From contig CANHQP010000010.1 in assembly GCA_947462925.1 (NCBI GenBank), positions 13,664 through 77,663 on the forward strand: 64,000 nt of DNA. The letters run 5' to 3'. The stretch's first letter is position 1, and every line of letters starts with the position of its first letter. Below, one piece after another: positions 47,312 through 56,631 of this stretch. A program made the position numbers and the translations under genes. The notes beneath the pieces were generated by a model. The model saw only the letters and a list, made by a program, of their open reading frames with translations, was not told where the DNA came from and made no database searches. This DNA comes from Flavobacteriia bacterium (GTDB lineage: Bacteria > Bacteroidota > Bacteroidia > Flavobacteriales_D > Crocinitomicaceae).

Positions 47312-48094
47312 ATGAAGTACATATATTTATTTTTGCTTGCCTTATCAGTATTTTCTTGCGGTATAAAAAAGAAAATCATTTACTTCAATGGTGCTAATTA
47401 TCAAAATGATACAATTAACAAAAGTCAACTTTCAAATCTACCAAAGTACACGCTCATTTTCAAGAAAGATGATTTGGTATATATTGATATAAATTCAGCT
47501 GACATAGAATCATTGAAACCATTCATGAAAGAAGATATGTCTGCGGGTAATCAAATGCCAGGATACGTAAATGGTATTTCAGCTAAAGGTGGTTATTTAA
47601 TTGATGAAAATGGAAAAATTAATTTTCCTTTGATAGGAGAAATTCAATTGGTCGGTCTCACAAGAACTGAAGCGACAAACTTGATTCAGAATAAATTAAG
47701 AGAGTTCATCAATGATGCAATTGTAACACTTAGAATTCAAAATTTCAAAATTACAATTTTGGGAGATGTTAAAATCCCAGGAACTTATAATATTCCTAAT
47801 GAAAGATTAACACTAATTGAAGCAATTGGTCTTGCAGGTGACCTTAATATTACTGGCGTTAGAAATAATGTTCTTGTAATTAGAGAAGAAAATGGAATTA
47901 AAAAGGAGTACCGTGTAGATCTAACTAAAAATGATATTTTTACTTCACCAGTTTACTACCTAAATCAAAATGACGTAGTATACGTTGAGCCAAATAGGGC
48001 GAAAAGAAATACATCCATTGTTAGTTCTACAGCTGGCATTTTTATTTCTGTAGCCTCGCTTGTTATTACTACAATTAATGTTATTATTAAATAA
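47312..48094 (+). CDS. wza: Wza-type outer-membrane polysaccharide export protein
   Basis: Lipoprotein signal LALSVFSCG. Poly_export motif (INFPLIGEIQLVGLTRTEA), SLBB domain and a C-terminal hydrophobic helix. The ORF-track TTG at 47285 was replaced by ATG 47312. Confidence 0.8.
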   Translation: MKYIYLFLLALSVFSCGIKKKIIYFNGANYQNDTINKSQLSNLPKYTLIFKKDDLVYIDINSADIESLKPFMKEDMSAGNQMPGYVNGISAKGGYLIDENGKINFPLIGEIQLVGLTRTEATNLIQNKLREFINDAIVTLRIQNFKITILGDVKIPGTYNIPNERLTLIEAIGLAGDLNITGVRNNVLVIREENGIKKEYRVDLTKNDIFTSPVYYLNQNDVVYVEPNRAKRNTSIVSSTAGIFISVASLVITTINVIIK

Positions 48095-48096
48095 GA

Positions 48097-50478
48097 ATGA
48101 ATCAAATCCAAAATAATTCTTTCCTTGACGAGGTGCAGGAAAAAGATTTTAAAATTAAAGAGCAATTAAGTATCTATTTACATCAATGGAGATGGTTTTT
48201 AATTTCTATTATTATTTCGATAACTTTTGGCTTCCTATATTTAAAATACACTTTACCGAAATATGACGTAAAAGCAGCTATTTTAATTAAAGATGAAGAT
48301 AAAAATGCTCCAATTTCCGAATTATCAGCATTTGCCGACTTAGGTATTTTAGGTGGGAAGAGTAATCTTGAAAATGAAATCGAAATTTTTAAATCTAGAA
48401 CTTTAATTTTAAATGTTGTAAAAGACCTAAGTTTAAATATAAGCTATTTAGATAACAATGGAATTATACCTTTTGGGATATTCAGTAATACGCCAATAAG
48501 AATCAATTTTATAAAAGGCGACTCAATTGTTTACGAACAGGAAGCAATTTTTAATATTCACATTTTATCAAATCAGAAATTTGAATTAACTGAAGAAGAA
48601 TCTAACTTTAAAGGTACTTTTAGTTTTGGTAAAGTAATTAAACATCCAATCGGTGACTTTATCATAACTCCGAAAACTGTTGATAACGATTTTTTAGATA
48701 GCAAAAAATATATCATTAAAATCAAACCAATAGATGATGTAGTTTCTTACTTTAAAAAAGAAATAAAAGTTGAAGCGGCTAATGATGAATCTAATGTAAT
48801 CACTATTTCACTTCAGGATTTTGATAGGATTAAATCAAAAGCAATCATAAACAACTTAATTGAACAACATAATAAAGATGCCATCAGTGATAAAAATCAA
48901 ATATCCAAAAATACGGCTGATTTTATAAATGAAAGAATAAAATACATCACCACAGAACTGTCAGATGTAGAACAAAATGTAGAAAGTTATAAAGCAGATC
49001 ACAAGCTTGTTGATATGGCTTCTGAAGCTGAAATATTTCTTAAAACCGGAAGCGATAATCATACTCTTATTTTGCAAAACGAGACTCAAATTCGTTTAGT
49101 TGAATTTGTATATGATTATTTACTGAATCATATTGAAACAAATGATCTAGTTCCTTCCAATCTCGGTCTCTATGATGTCTCAATAGAAAAGATGATAGAG
49201 TCATACAATAAATTGGTTTTAGAAAAAAATCGATTGACTAAAAATTCATCAGAAAAGCACCCAATTATTCAAAATTTAAATGTTCAGATTTTAGGAATTC
49301 ATAAAAACCTGAAAGAAAGTTTATTAAACCTGAAAGAATCTTTAAAAATTAAAAATAGAGAATTACAAAGATTAGAAAATGAAATAAATTCTAAAATATC
49401 CTCTGTCCCAAAGTATGAAAGAGAATATCGCGAAATTCAAAGACAACAGCAAATCAAAGAATCTTTGTACTTGTATTTGCTTCAAAAAAGAGAAGAAACA
49501 GCCATTACACTTGCTGTAACAGTATCAAATACAAAAATTATTGACGAAGCCTTTTCTGACAATCTTATTGTTTCTCCGAATAAAAAAATTATTTATGCAA
49601 TTTCATTCTTATTGGGTATTTTGATTCCATTTGGAATTATATATATTAAAAGACTTCTTGATACTAAAATACATGGAAAAAATGATATAATCGGAGCAAA
49701 TCTTCCTTACATAGGAGACATTCCACTTTCTGAAACTAAAGATAAAATTGTTGTCGCGCATGGTGAAAGCAACGATGTTTCAGAAGCATTTAGAATACTC
49801 AGAACAAACGCAGATTTTATATTAAAATCAAATTCAAATGTTTCCAAGAGTAAGGTGATATTTGTTACTTCTACTATTGAAAAAGAGGGTAAATCTTTCA
49901 TTTCAATTAACCTTGCTTCCATTATCGCTTTATCTGGAAAAAAAGTATTACTAATTGGAATGGACTTACGAGCGCCAAAAATCCTTGAATATACTGGTGT
50001 TGCAAAAACTAAAGGAGTTACTAATTTTATTACCGATTTAGATTTAACCCTACAAGATGTTATTATTGAAAAACCTGATGATATTAACTTTGATTTATTA
50101 GTTTCTGGAGATATTCCACCAAATCCATCAGAATTATTGATAAATCCTAGGGTGAGTGAGATGTTTATTCAAGTTAGAGAAATGTATGATTACATCATTG
50201 TAGATACCGCGCCGGTGGCACCAGTAACTGATACATTATTAATTAGCAAAATTGCAAACATGACCATCTATGTTTCAAGAGCCAATTATTTAGATAAACG
50301 TCTTTTAAATATTCCTCAAACATTGTATAGAGAAAATAAACTTTCTAATATGGTTGTATTGGTGAATGGATCCACTCAGCAAAAAGGATATGGTTATGGA
50401 TACGGCTATGGTATTGGATACGGCTACGGAAACGAAAAAGCTAAAATACCTTGGTACAAAAGGATTTTTAAAAAATAA
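48097..50478 (+). CDS. wzc: Wzc-type polysaccharide co-polymerase / tyrosine autokinase
   Basis: Wzz-like periplasmic domain between two TM helices. Walker A TSTIEKEGKS, A' LLIGMDLR, B IIVDTAP. C-terminal tyrosine cluster GYGYGYGYGIGYGYG. Confidence 0.9.
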   Translation: MNQIQNNSFLDEVQEKDFKIKEQLSIYLHQWRWFLISIIISITFGFLYLKYTLPKYDVKAAILIKDEDKNAPISELSAFADLGILGGKSNLENEIEIFKSRTLILNVVKDLSLNISYLDNNGIIPFGIFSNTPIRINFIKGDSIVYEQEAIFNIHILSNQKFELTEEESNFKGTFSFGKVIKHPIGDFIITPKTVDNDFLDSKKYIIKIKPIDDVVSYFKKEIKVEAANDESNVITISLQDFDRIKSKAIINNLIEQHNKDAISDKNQISKNTADFINERIKYITTELSDVEQNVESYKADHKLVDMASEAEIFLKTGSDNHTLILQNETQIRLVEFVYDYLLNHIETNDLVPSNLGLYDVSIEKMIESYNKLVLEKNRLTKNSSEKHPIIQNLNVQILGIHKNLKESLLNLKESLKIKNRELQRLENEINSKISSVPKYEREYREIQRQQQIKESLYLYLLQKREETAITLAVTVSNTKIIDEAFSDNLIVSPNKKIIYAISFLLGILIPFGIIYIKRLLDTKIHGKNDIIGANLPYIGDIPLSETKDKIVVAHGESNDVSEAFRILRTNADFILKSNSNVSKSKVIFVTSTIEKEGKSFISINLASIIALSGKKVLLIGMDLRAPKILEYTGVAKTKGVTNFITDLDLTLQDVIIEKPDDINFDLLVSGDIPPNPSELLINPRVSEMFIQVREMYDYIIVDTAPVAPVTDTLLISKIANMTIYVSRANYLDKRLLNIPQTLYRENKLSNMVVLVNGSTQQKGYGYGYGYGIGYGYGNEKAKIPWYKRIFKK
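50386..50430 (+). repeat. Imperfect hexanucleotide (GGN-TAY)n repeat encoding the Wzc tyrosine cluster
   Basis: ggatatggttatggatacggctatggtattggatacggctacgga encodes GYGYGYGYGIGYGYG. Confidence 0.9.
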
Positions 50479-50487
50479 TTAATCATG

Positions 50488-50517
50488 AAAGCTGTTCAAT
50501 GTTGGACAGCTTTTTTT
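50488..50517 (+). terminator. Rho-independent terminator closing the polysaccharide locus (overlaps the recG stop)
   Basis: Stem aaagctgt (50488-50495) pairs with acagcttt (50506-50513), followed by a T7 run at 50511-50517. Confidence 0.65.
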
Positions 50518-52612
50518 ATGAAATCTTACTCCAATTTGGCTTATCAGAAAGGATTTTCACAATTTTAGATCTGATTCCAAAGTGCTCCTTCAAATTTAAT
50601 CCAGTATCTTTCAAAAGAATCTCCCTGGCTTTTTCTCTAGCCAAAGCAACCAATGGTCCATCCTTGGTCAAGTCTGCAATTTTTAGATCTAAAATTCCAC
50701 TTTGTTGCGTTCCCATGATGTCACCAGGACCACGGAGTTCCATGTCAACTTCAGCGATTTCAAATCCATCTTGCGTCCGAACCATCGTTGACAATCGCTT
50801 TTTGCTTTCCTTTGAGAGTTTGTTTCCCGTCATCAATATGCAATACGATTTTTCGGCTCCACGCCCCACTCTACCGCGCAATTGATGTAATTGTGACAAT
50901 CCGAATCGTTCTGCGCTTTCAATGATCATAATCGATGCGTTTGGGACATTTACTCCAACTTCAATAACCGTTGTTGCTACCATGATTTGAGTTTGACCCT
51001 CAACGAAACGCTTCATCTCAAAATCTTTCACTTCTGGTTTCATCTGTCCATGTACAATACTTATCTGATAGGTTGGTAATGGAAAAACCCTTGAGATCGA
51101 TTCAAAACCTTCCATCAAATTGTGGTAATCCAAGGTTTCAGATTCTTTTATAAGCGGAAAAACGACATAAACTTGTCTTCCCTTTTCAATTTCTCTTCTG
51201 ATAAATCCAAAAACTACCGAACGGTCATTTTCAAAACGATGTTCAGTTGTAATCGCTTTTCTTCCTGGTGGTAATTCATCTATTACAGAAACATCTAAAT
51301 CACCATAAACTGTCATTGCTAGCGTTCGAGGAATTGGCGTTGCTGTCATGACTAAAATATGTGGAGGAATGTGATTTTTGGCCCACAATCTTGCCCTTTG
51401 TGCTACACCAAATCGATGTTGTTCATCAATGACAACCAACCCCAAATTTTGAAATTCAACGACATCCTCCAACAAAGCATGCGTTCCAATCAAAATTTTG
51501 ATTTCTCCATTTAGCAGTGATTGATGTATGTCTTTTCGCTTAGATTTTTTAACAGAACCTGTCAATTTCTCTACACGAATTCCCATTGGAGCTAATAGTT
51601 CGCTAATAGAATCGAAATGTTGTTGCGCCAAAATCTCTGTGGGAGCCATCATCGCCGCTTGAAAACCATTTCCGACTGCAATAAGCATTGTCAGGAGAGC
51701 AACCAATGTTTTACCACTTCCAACGTCCCCTTGCAAAAGCCGATTCATGTGGTTTCCATGGCGAAAATCATTTCTAATTTCCTTGATTACTCTTTTTTGA
51801 GCGTTTGTCAATTGGAATGGTAAATGATTCTCGTAAAAATCTAGAAAAACCTGTCCAACTTCCTCAAATACAAAGCCTTTATTTTTCTGCATTGCAATTT
51901 GCTTTCGCAACAAAAGTTCAATTTGAAGTAAAAACAATTCTTCAAACTTCAATCTGAAACTGGCTCGTTGAGCCAATTCATCATTTTGAGGACAGTGAAT
52001 TTGTTTAATTGCTGTTTCTCTAGGAAGCAATTGCAATTCTTGAATCAACTCTGGCGGAAAAATCTCCAAGATGTGATTTCTCAACATCGGAACCAACGTA
52101 CTTGTCAATTTTTCAATTCCTTTGGAATGAAGTCCTTTAGCGTTTAATTTTTCTGTACTTCTGTAAACAGCCTTTAATCCTTTCGAAGGATCTGTTTTGT
52201 CTAATTCAACAATTTCAGGGTGCGGAATATTGAATGAATTTCCAAAGATTTTAGCTTTTCCGTATACTTGATATTCAACACCAGGTCTTAAAAGCGGTTT
52301 GATCCATTTGATTCCTTGAAACCAAACCAAATCTATTTGTCCACTTCGATCTTGAAATTTGGCAATCAATCTTTTTTGACGACCAGTAGTGACTTCATCT
52401 ATTTTAGTAATAAAACCTCGTAATTGCGCGAAACCGTCGAAGGTGTGTAAATCGCCAACCTGATTATAATAAGAACGATCGACATATCGAAAAGGAAAAT
52501 ACTCCAATAAATCTCCAAAATTGAAAATTTTCAATTCCTTTTGAAGCAATTCTGCCCTTTGCGGACCAACTCCTTTTAGGAATTCAATGGGCGTATTTAA
52601 AAATTCAGACAT
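50516..52612 (-). CDS. recG: ATP-dependent DNA helicase RecG
   Basis: Wedge domain, Walker A GDVGSGKT, DEQHRFG box and the TRG region. The ORF-track start at 52621 is TTG; the ATG is at 52612 (MSEFLNTPIEFLKGVG). Confidence 0.95.
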   Translation of the reverse strand: MSEFLNTPIEFLKGVGPQRAELLQKELKIFNFGDLLEYFPFRYVDRSYYNQVGDLHTFDGFAQLRGFITKIDEVTTGRQKRLIAKFQDRSGQIDLVWFQGIKWIKPLLRPGVEYQVYGKAKIFGNSFNIPHPEIVELDKTDPSKGLKAVYRSTEKLNAKGLHSKGIEKLTSTLVPMLRNHILEIFPPELIQELQLLPRETAIKQIHCPQNDELAQRASFRLKFEELFLLQIELLLRKQIAMQKNKGFVFEEVGQVFLDFYENHLPFQLTNAQKRVIKEIRNDFRHGNHMNRLLQGDVGSGKTLVALLTMLIAVGNGFQAAMMAPTEILAQQHFDSISELLAPMGIRVEKLTGSVKKSKRKDIHQSLLNGEIKILIGTHALLEDVVEFQNLGLVVIDEQHRFGVAQRARLWAKNHIPPHILVMTATPIPRTLAMTVYGDLDVSVIDELPPGRKAITTEHRFENDRSVVFGFIRREIEKGRQVYVVFPLIKESETLDYHNLMEGFESISRVFPLPTYQISIVHGQMKPEVKDFEMKRFVEGQTQIMVATTVIEVGVNVPNASIMIIESAERFGLSQLHQLRGRVGRGAEKSYCILMTGNKLSKESKKRLSTMVRTQDGFEIAEVDMELRGPGDIMGTQQSGILDLKIADLTKDGPLVALAREKAREILLKDTGLNLKEHFGIRSKIVKILSDKPNWSKIS

Positions 52613-52668
52613 TCCATACAAAAATAAGGAAAGTCTTTAAGATTAAATTCTATTGATCAGATATAAAA

Positions 52669-54054
52669 TCAATTCTGAGAAATATAATTTGCCAGATTCT
52701 CTGCTTGACTTCTTAATTCATTCACTGCTGCACTTTCCCAAAAAATTCCTTTCAAATTGGTACCTAACGTAAAAATATTACGTTGAACTTCCCCATTTTT
52801 ACCAACTAGTTCGTAATTTGTAGGGTCTGCATTAAATCCTAAGCAAAATTCATCTTGTGTAATGATTCCTTTTTCCAAACAATTTTTGAGTAATTGACTA
52901 TCTGAAAGTTTAATATTCGATTCAGGACCAGTGCAATTAATTACCCTACTCACAAAAATCTTTTCCAAAGTTTTACTGTTTTTCTCTAAAAAGGAGACTT
53001 CTATAATGCCGTTGTTTTCTTTCAAAGATTTAATTGTACCGGCAAAAACCTTCAACTTAATGGAAAACATCAGTTTAAGTAGGAAATCATTCATATGAAT
53101 TGGAATCCTGTGTCTTGCAACACCCCACGCGTGTCTATATTTTCTTAAAAACTCACGCTTGTCTTTTATCGAAAAATTCTTCCAAATATTTTGACTAAAT
53201 GGTCTCAATGAATCGATTACTGGTTCTGCTGATACTCCAAGTTTTCTAACTGAACGAACGTGTTTTACAATTAAATTTCTAATTGTTTTTAAATCAATTA
53301 CATCTGGTAATTCTTCCACCAATTTATTGTATTTGATTGGCGCATGTCTGTGAGAAAGAATGTGGTAACCATTGGGAGAAATTGAATATATTATTCCTTT
53401 AAAATTTCGCTCCTGCAACGCTAAAACTGTATCCACCATTGTGAGACCATTTCCGATAATCAACACATTTTCATTTTTATTCAAATTTTCAACGGACTCA
53501 ATTTTCCATGGATTTTGAAAATAGTTTTCGCTTTCGTAAAAATCCATATTTTCAATGGATTGATTTCTCGGTACTAGATTTCCAGTTGCAAGTACACAAT
53601 AATCCACGATAAAAACTTCATTATTATCGCCAATCAATTCAATTTCAGAATCTTTCCTGACCATATCAATGATGTTCGATCTCAATATTTTTACTTGAAT
53701 TGACTTTGATTTTGCGGTTACTAAAGCTTCGTTCCAAACAAATTCCAAATATTGCCCATACAAGTACCTCGGTAAAAATGCACCAGCAAGAATTGAGTCA
53801 TCTACATCTTTATATTGATCCAAGGATTTGGTCCAATTAAAGAAATGATCTGGAAGATCTTTGAAAGCGCTCATCTTCGCAGAAGGCACATTTAATAATT
53901 GCTTTTTGGAATAAGGAGAATAAGCGATTCCTTTGGCAATTGGATTTTCCTTTTCAAAAATGAATATTTCAATGCTACTATCTGACTTATTAATTAAATT
54001 AACCGCAGTCATAATCCCTGAAAATCCAGCACCAATAATTCCGATTCTTTTCAT
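52669..54054 (-). CDS. FAD/NAD(P)-binding domain protein of unknown function
   Basis: Dinucleotide fold MKRIGIIGAGFSGIMTAV and a second GxG region (VLIIGNGLTMVD). Starts 9 nt after the pstB stop. Confidence 0.6.
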   Translation of the reverse strand: MKRIGIIGAGFSGIMTAVNLINKSDSSIEIFIFEKENPIAKGIAYSPYSKKQLLNVPSAKMSAFKDLPDHFFNWTKSLDQYKDVDDSILAGAFLPRYLYGQYLEFVWNEALVTAKSKSIQVKILRSNIIDMVRKDSEIELIGDNNEVFIVDYCVLATGNLVPRNQSIENMDFYESENYFQNPWKIESVENLNKNENVLIIGNGLTMVDTVLALQERNFKGIIYSISPNGYHILSHRHAPIKYNKLVEELPDVIDLKTIRNLIVKHVRSVRKLGVSAEPVIDSLRPFSQNIWKNFSIKDKREFLRKYRHAWGVARHRIPIHMNDFLLKLMFSIKLKVFAGTIKSLKENNGIIEVSFLEKNSKTLEKIFVSRVINCTGPESNIKLSDSQLLKNCLEKGIITQDEFCLGFNADPTNYELVGKNGEVQRNIFTLGTNLKGIFWESAAVNELRSQAENLANYISQN

Positions 54055-54063
54055 AAACCTATT

Positions 54064-54882
54064 TTAATGTCCTACTTGAAGATAGTCTTTGAATATCTCT
54101 GTCTTTGGGTTTTCAAACAAATCAGATGGCTTGCCTTTTTCAACCACTTCACCATAATACATAAATGCAGTATAATCAGCCAATCTCTTAGCTTGTCGCA
54201 AAATATGCGTCACCAAAACGATTGCAAATTCTTTACTCAACTCTTGAAATTGTTCCTCAATTTTTCGACTTGAAATAGGATCTAATGCAGAAGTTGGTTC
54301 GTCAGCTAAAATAACCCTTGGTTCAATGGCTAATCCACGAGCCAAACACAAACGTTGTTGCTGCCCAATCGAAAGACTGTTTGCTGAATATTTCAATCTA
54401 TCTTTTACCTCATCCCAAAGGGCGACTTTTTTGATGTAATATTCAATTCGATCGTCTTGTTCTACTTTTGATTTTATCCCTTTCAATTTCAAAGCATATC
54501 TTATATTGTCTGAAATGGTTCCAGGAAGTGGATGTGGTCTTTGTGACAACAATCCCATTTTTTGCCTTAATGCATAAACATCAATATTTTTTGTCAAAAT
54601 ATCTTTATCCTCAAAAAATATCGAACCAGTTGTTTTGATATCTGGATCCAAATCTGTTAAACGATTGAATGTCTTTAAAAGGGTTGTTTTTCCGCATCCT
54701 GAAGGACCAAGTAACACGGTAATTCCTTTGTCACGAATATTCAATTCAACGTTTTTCAACGTTTGTTGTTTTCCATGCCAAAGACTTAAATCTTTCACGT
54801 AAATCAAATTGTGTAAGCCTTTAGATTCATCTTTTCTGATGATTTCTTCATCGATTAAGCTTGTATTATTTTCTAAACTCAT
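54064..54882 (-). CDS. pstB: Phosphate ABC transporter ATP-binding protein
   Basis: Walker A GPSGCGKTT, signature LSIGQQQRL, Walker B ILADEPTSALD, and the PstB-typical YYGEVVE. Confidence 0.9.
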   Translation of the reverse strand: MSLENNTSLIDEEIIRKDESKGLHNLIYVKDLSLWHGKQQTLKNVELNIRDKGITVLLGPSGCGKTTLLKTFNRLTDLDPDIKTTGSIFFEDKDILTKNIDVYALRQKMGLLSQRPHPLPGTISDNIRYALKLKGIKSKVEQDDRIEYYIKKVALWDEVKDRLKYSANSLSIGQQQRLCLARGLAIEPRVILADEPTSALDPISSRKIEEQFQELSKEFAIVLVTHILRQAKRLADYTAFMYYGEVVEKGKPSDLFENPKTEIFKDYLQVGH

Positions 54883-55739
54883 TTTATTCTATTTTTTGAA
54901 AATCTCTTACTTAACACTCGTGACAAGATGCTAATTACCAAGATTATTATTGTCAACACGATTGCAGCTGCGTAAGCGCGTTCTTTAACTTCTGGAATAG
55001 GTGAACTTAACTGAAAGAAAATCGCCAACGGCAAAGTTGCAGCTGGTTCGGTAATACTTTCTGGAATGTAGTCAGTGAAACCGGCGGTAAACAAAACCGA
55101 TGCTGTATCTCCCAAACCTTTACCAAGTGCCAATAAAAAAGCCGTTGTTATTCCAGGTAATGATTGTTTGAAAAGAAATTTAAATCCAATTTCACCTTTA
55201 AAAAAACCAAGTGAAAGTGCTGATTCAAAAAGTCCTTTGGAGTTGTGTTGAAGAGACTCATCCATTGATCGAATCATCACCGGACTTATTAGTAAAGCAA
55301 CTGTAATCATCGCAGCCAATAAAGATGAAGGCCAGCCCATGAAAAGCATAAAGTTAAATGCAAATGCGCCATAAACGATTGGTGGAATTCCCCACAAAAC
55401 ATCTAACCAAAGTCTGACTCTTTTCTGCCATTTTGGATACGAGAACAAATAGGTATGAATAAAAAAAGCAGCAGGAATACTAATAACGAGTGCAATTAAT
55501 GACGCACCAATCGCTAAATACAATGAACCAACGATTGCATTGAGTATTCCCCCTTCTTTTCCAAAATAGTAACCACCTTTTGGCACTTGACTGATAATTT
55601 CCCAATTCAATGCTGGCAATCCTTTTTTAAAGATTCCATAAAAAATGGAAAGCAAAACAAAAACAATGAAAATTGTAAAAATGAGCAATATGATTTTAAC
55701 AATTTTCTCGACTAAATACTTTCTAGAATTCATAATCAC
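54879..55739 (-). CDS. pstA: Phosphate ABC transporter permease PstA
   Basis: Six TM helices and an EAA-like loop (ESALSLGF). The GTG start at 55739 forms a GTGA overlap with pstC. An alternative ATG is at 55733. Confidence 0.85.
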   Translation of the reverse strand: MIMNSRKYLVEKIVKIILLIFTIFIVFVLLSIFYGIFKKGLPALNWEIISQVPKGGYYFGKEGGILNAIVGSLYLAIGASLIALVISIPAAFFIHTYLFSYPKWQKRVRLWLDVLWGIPPIVYGAFAFNFMLFMGWPSSLLAAMITVALLISPVMIRSMDESLQHNSKGLFESALSLGFFKGEIGFKFLFKQSLPGITTAFLLALGKGLGDTASVLFTAGFTDYIPESITEPAATLPLAIFFQLSSPIPEVKERAYAAAIVLTIIILVISILSRVLSKRFSKNRIK

Positions 55740-56629
55740 ATTTTAGATTGGTAAAAGCGAATAACCTTGTGAGCAAAATAATTGAATAGAATCACAATGA
55801 TTAATAACATCAGTGCAGAAAGCATCAAGGCCGAGTCGTATTTTGGGATCGACATCATTTCACCATAATTATTTGCAAGTAAAGCTGGTAATGGATATCC
55901 TGCCGCGAAAATAGAATCTGGAATTTGAACAACATTTCCAACAACCATCAAAACTGCGATTGTTTCTCCAAATGCTTTGCTCAATCCTAAAGTAAACGCC
56001 GCAATAATTCCCGGTCTAATTTTTTTCAGAATAACATCTTTGATCGTTTGCCAATGACTTGCTCCCATCGCTAACGTTGATTCTTTGAGTTCTCTCGGAA
56101 CAGATTCAAACAATTCTATCAACATATTGAGAACAAAAGGCAATGTTGTCACCGCCACAACAATTCCAGCTGCTAAAATAGAATAACCACTTGCGTTTGC
56201 GGAATTTGCTGAAGTTGCCCATTCTGAAACCATTGGTACAATTACTATAATTCCCCATAAACCAAAAATCACAGAAGGAATTCCGGCGAGAATATCAATA
56301 ACTGTTCTTAATACTTTTGATATCCAATTAGGAGCAAACTGAGTGATATAAATCGCTGACGCCAAAGTGAATGGAATCATAATCAACAATCCAAGAAGAG
56401 AAACAACGATTGAACTGAATATAAACGGCCAAAGACCAAAGTTTCCTTTGGTCGGCATCCAGTTTGAACTAAAAATAATTTCAGAAATTGGCGTTGAAAC
56501 CAATAATGGCCAAGATTTGAAAAGCAATGAAATTCCTATCAAAAAAGGAAGAGAAAGGATGATAACCAAAGAGATTATCATCCAACTTTTTCTTAATTTT
56601 TCAATGTAATATCTTAATGAAAAATTCAT
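55736..56629 (-). CDS. pstC: Phosphate ABC transporter permease PstC
   Basis: Six TM helices and an EAA loop (ESTLAMGASHWQT). Confidence 0.85.
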   Translation of the reverse strand: MNFSLRYYIEKLRKSWMIISLVIILSLPFLIGISLLFKSWPLLVSTPISEIIFSSNWMPTKGNFGLWPFIFSSIVVSLLGLLIMIPFTLASAIYITQFAPNWISKVLRTVIDILAGIPSVIFGLWGIIVIVPMVSEWATSANSANASGYSILAAGIVVAVTTLPFVLNMLIELFESVPRELKESTLAMGASHWQTIKDVILKKIRPGIIAAFTLGLSKAFGETIAVLMVVGNVVQIPDSIFAAGYPLPALLANNYGEMMSIPKYDSALMLSALMLLIIVILFNYFAHKVIRFYQSKM

Positions 56630-56631
56630 TC

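Noticed and set aside
50386-50430. Short tandem repeat considered as a CRISPR-like or contingency locus
   Set aside because: It lies in-frame within wzc and encodes the expected tyrosine cluster. It has no spacer structure, so it is reported only as a coding repeat.
25398-50518. The polysaccharide region considered as a mobile genomic island or a defence island
   Set aside because: No integrase, transposase, tRNA attachment site, direct repeats, restriction-modification genes, nuclease/ATPase pairs or toxin-antitoxin genes were seen. The content is coherent polysaccharide biosynthesis.
50499-50885. 128-aa plus-strand ORF after wzc
   Set aside because: It is antisense to the conserved C-terminus of RecG and starts inside the terminator hairpin. 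Its sequence is low-complexity and hydrophobic, with no motif.
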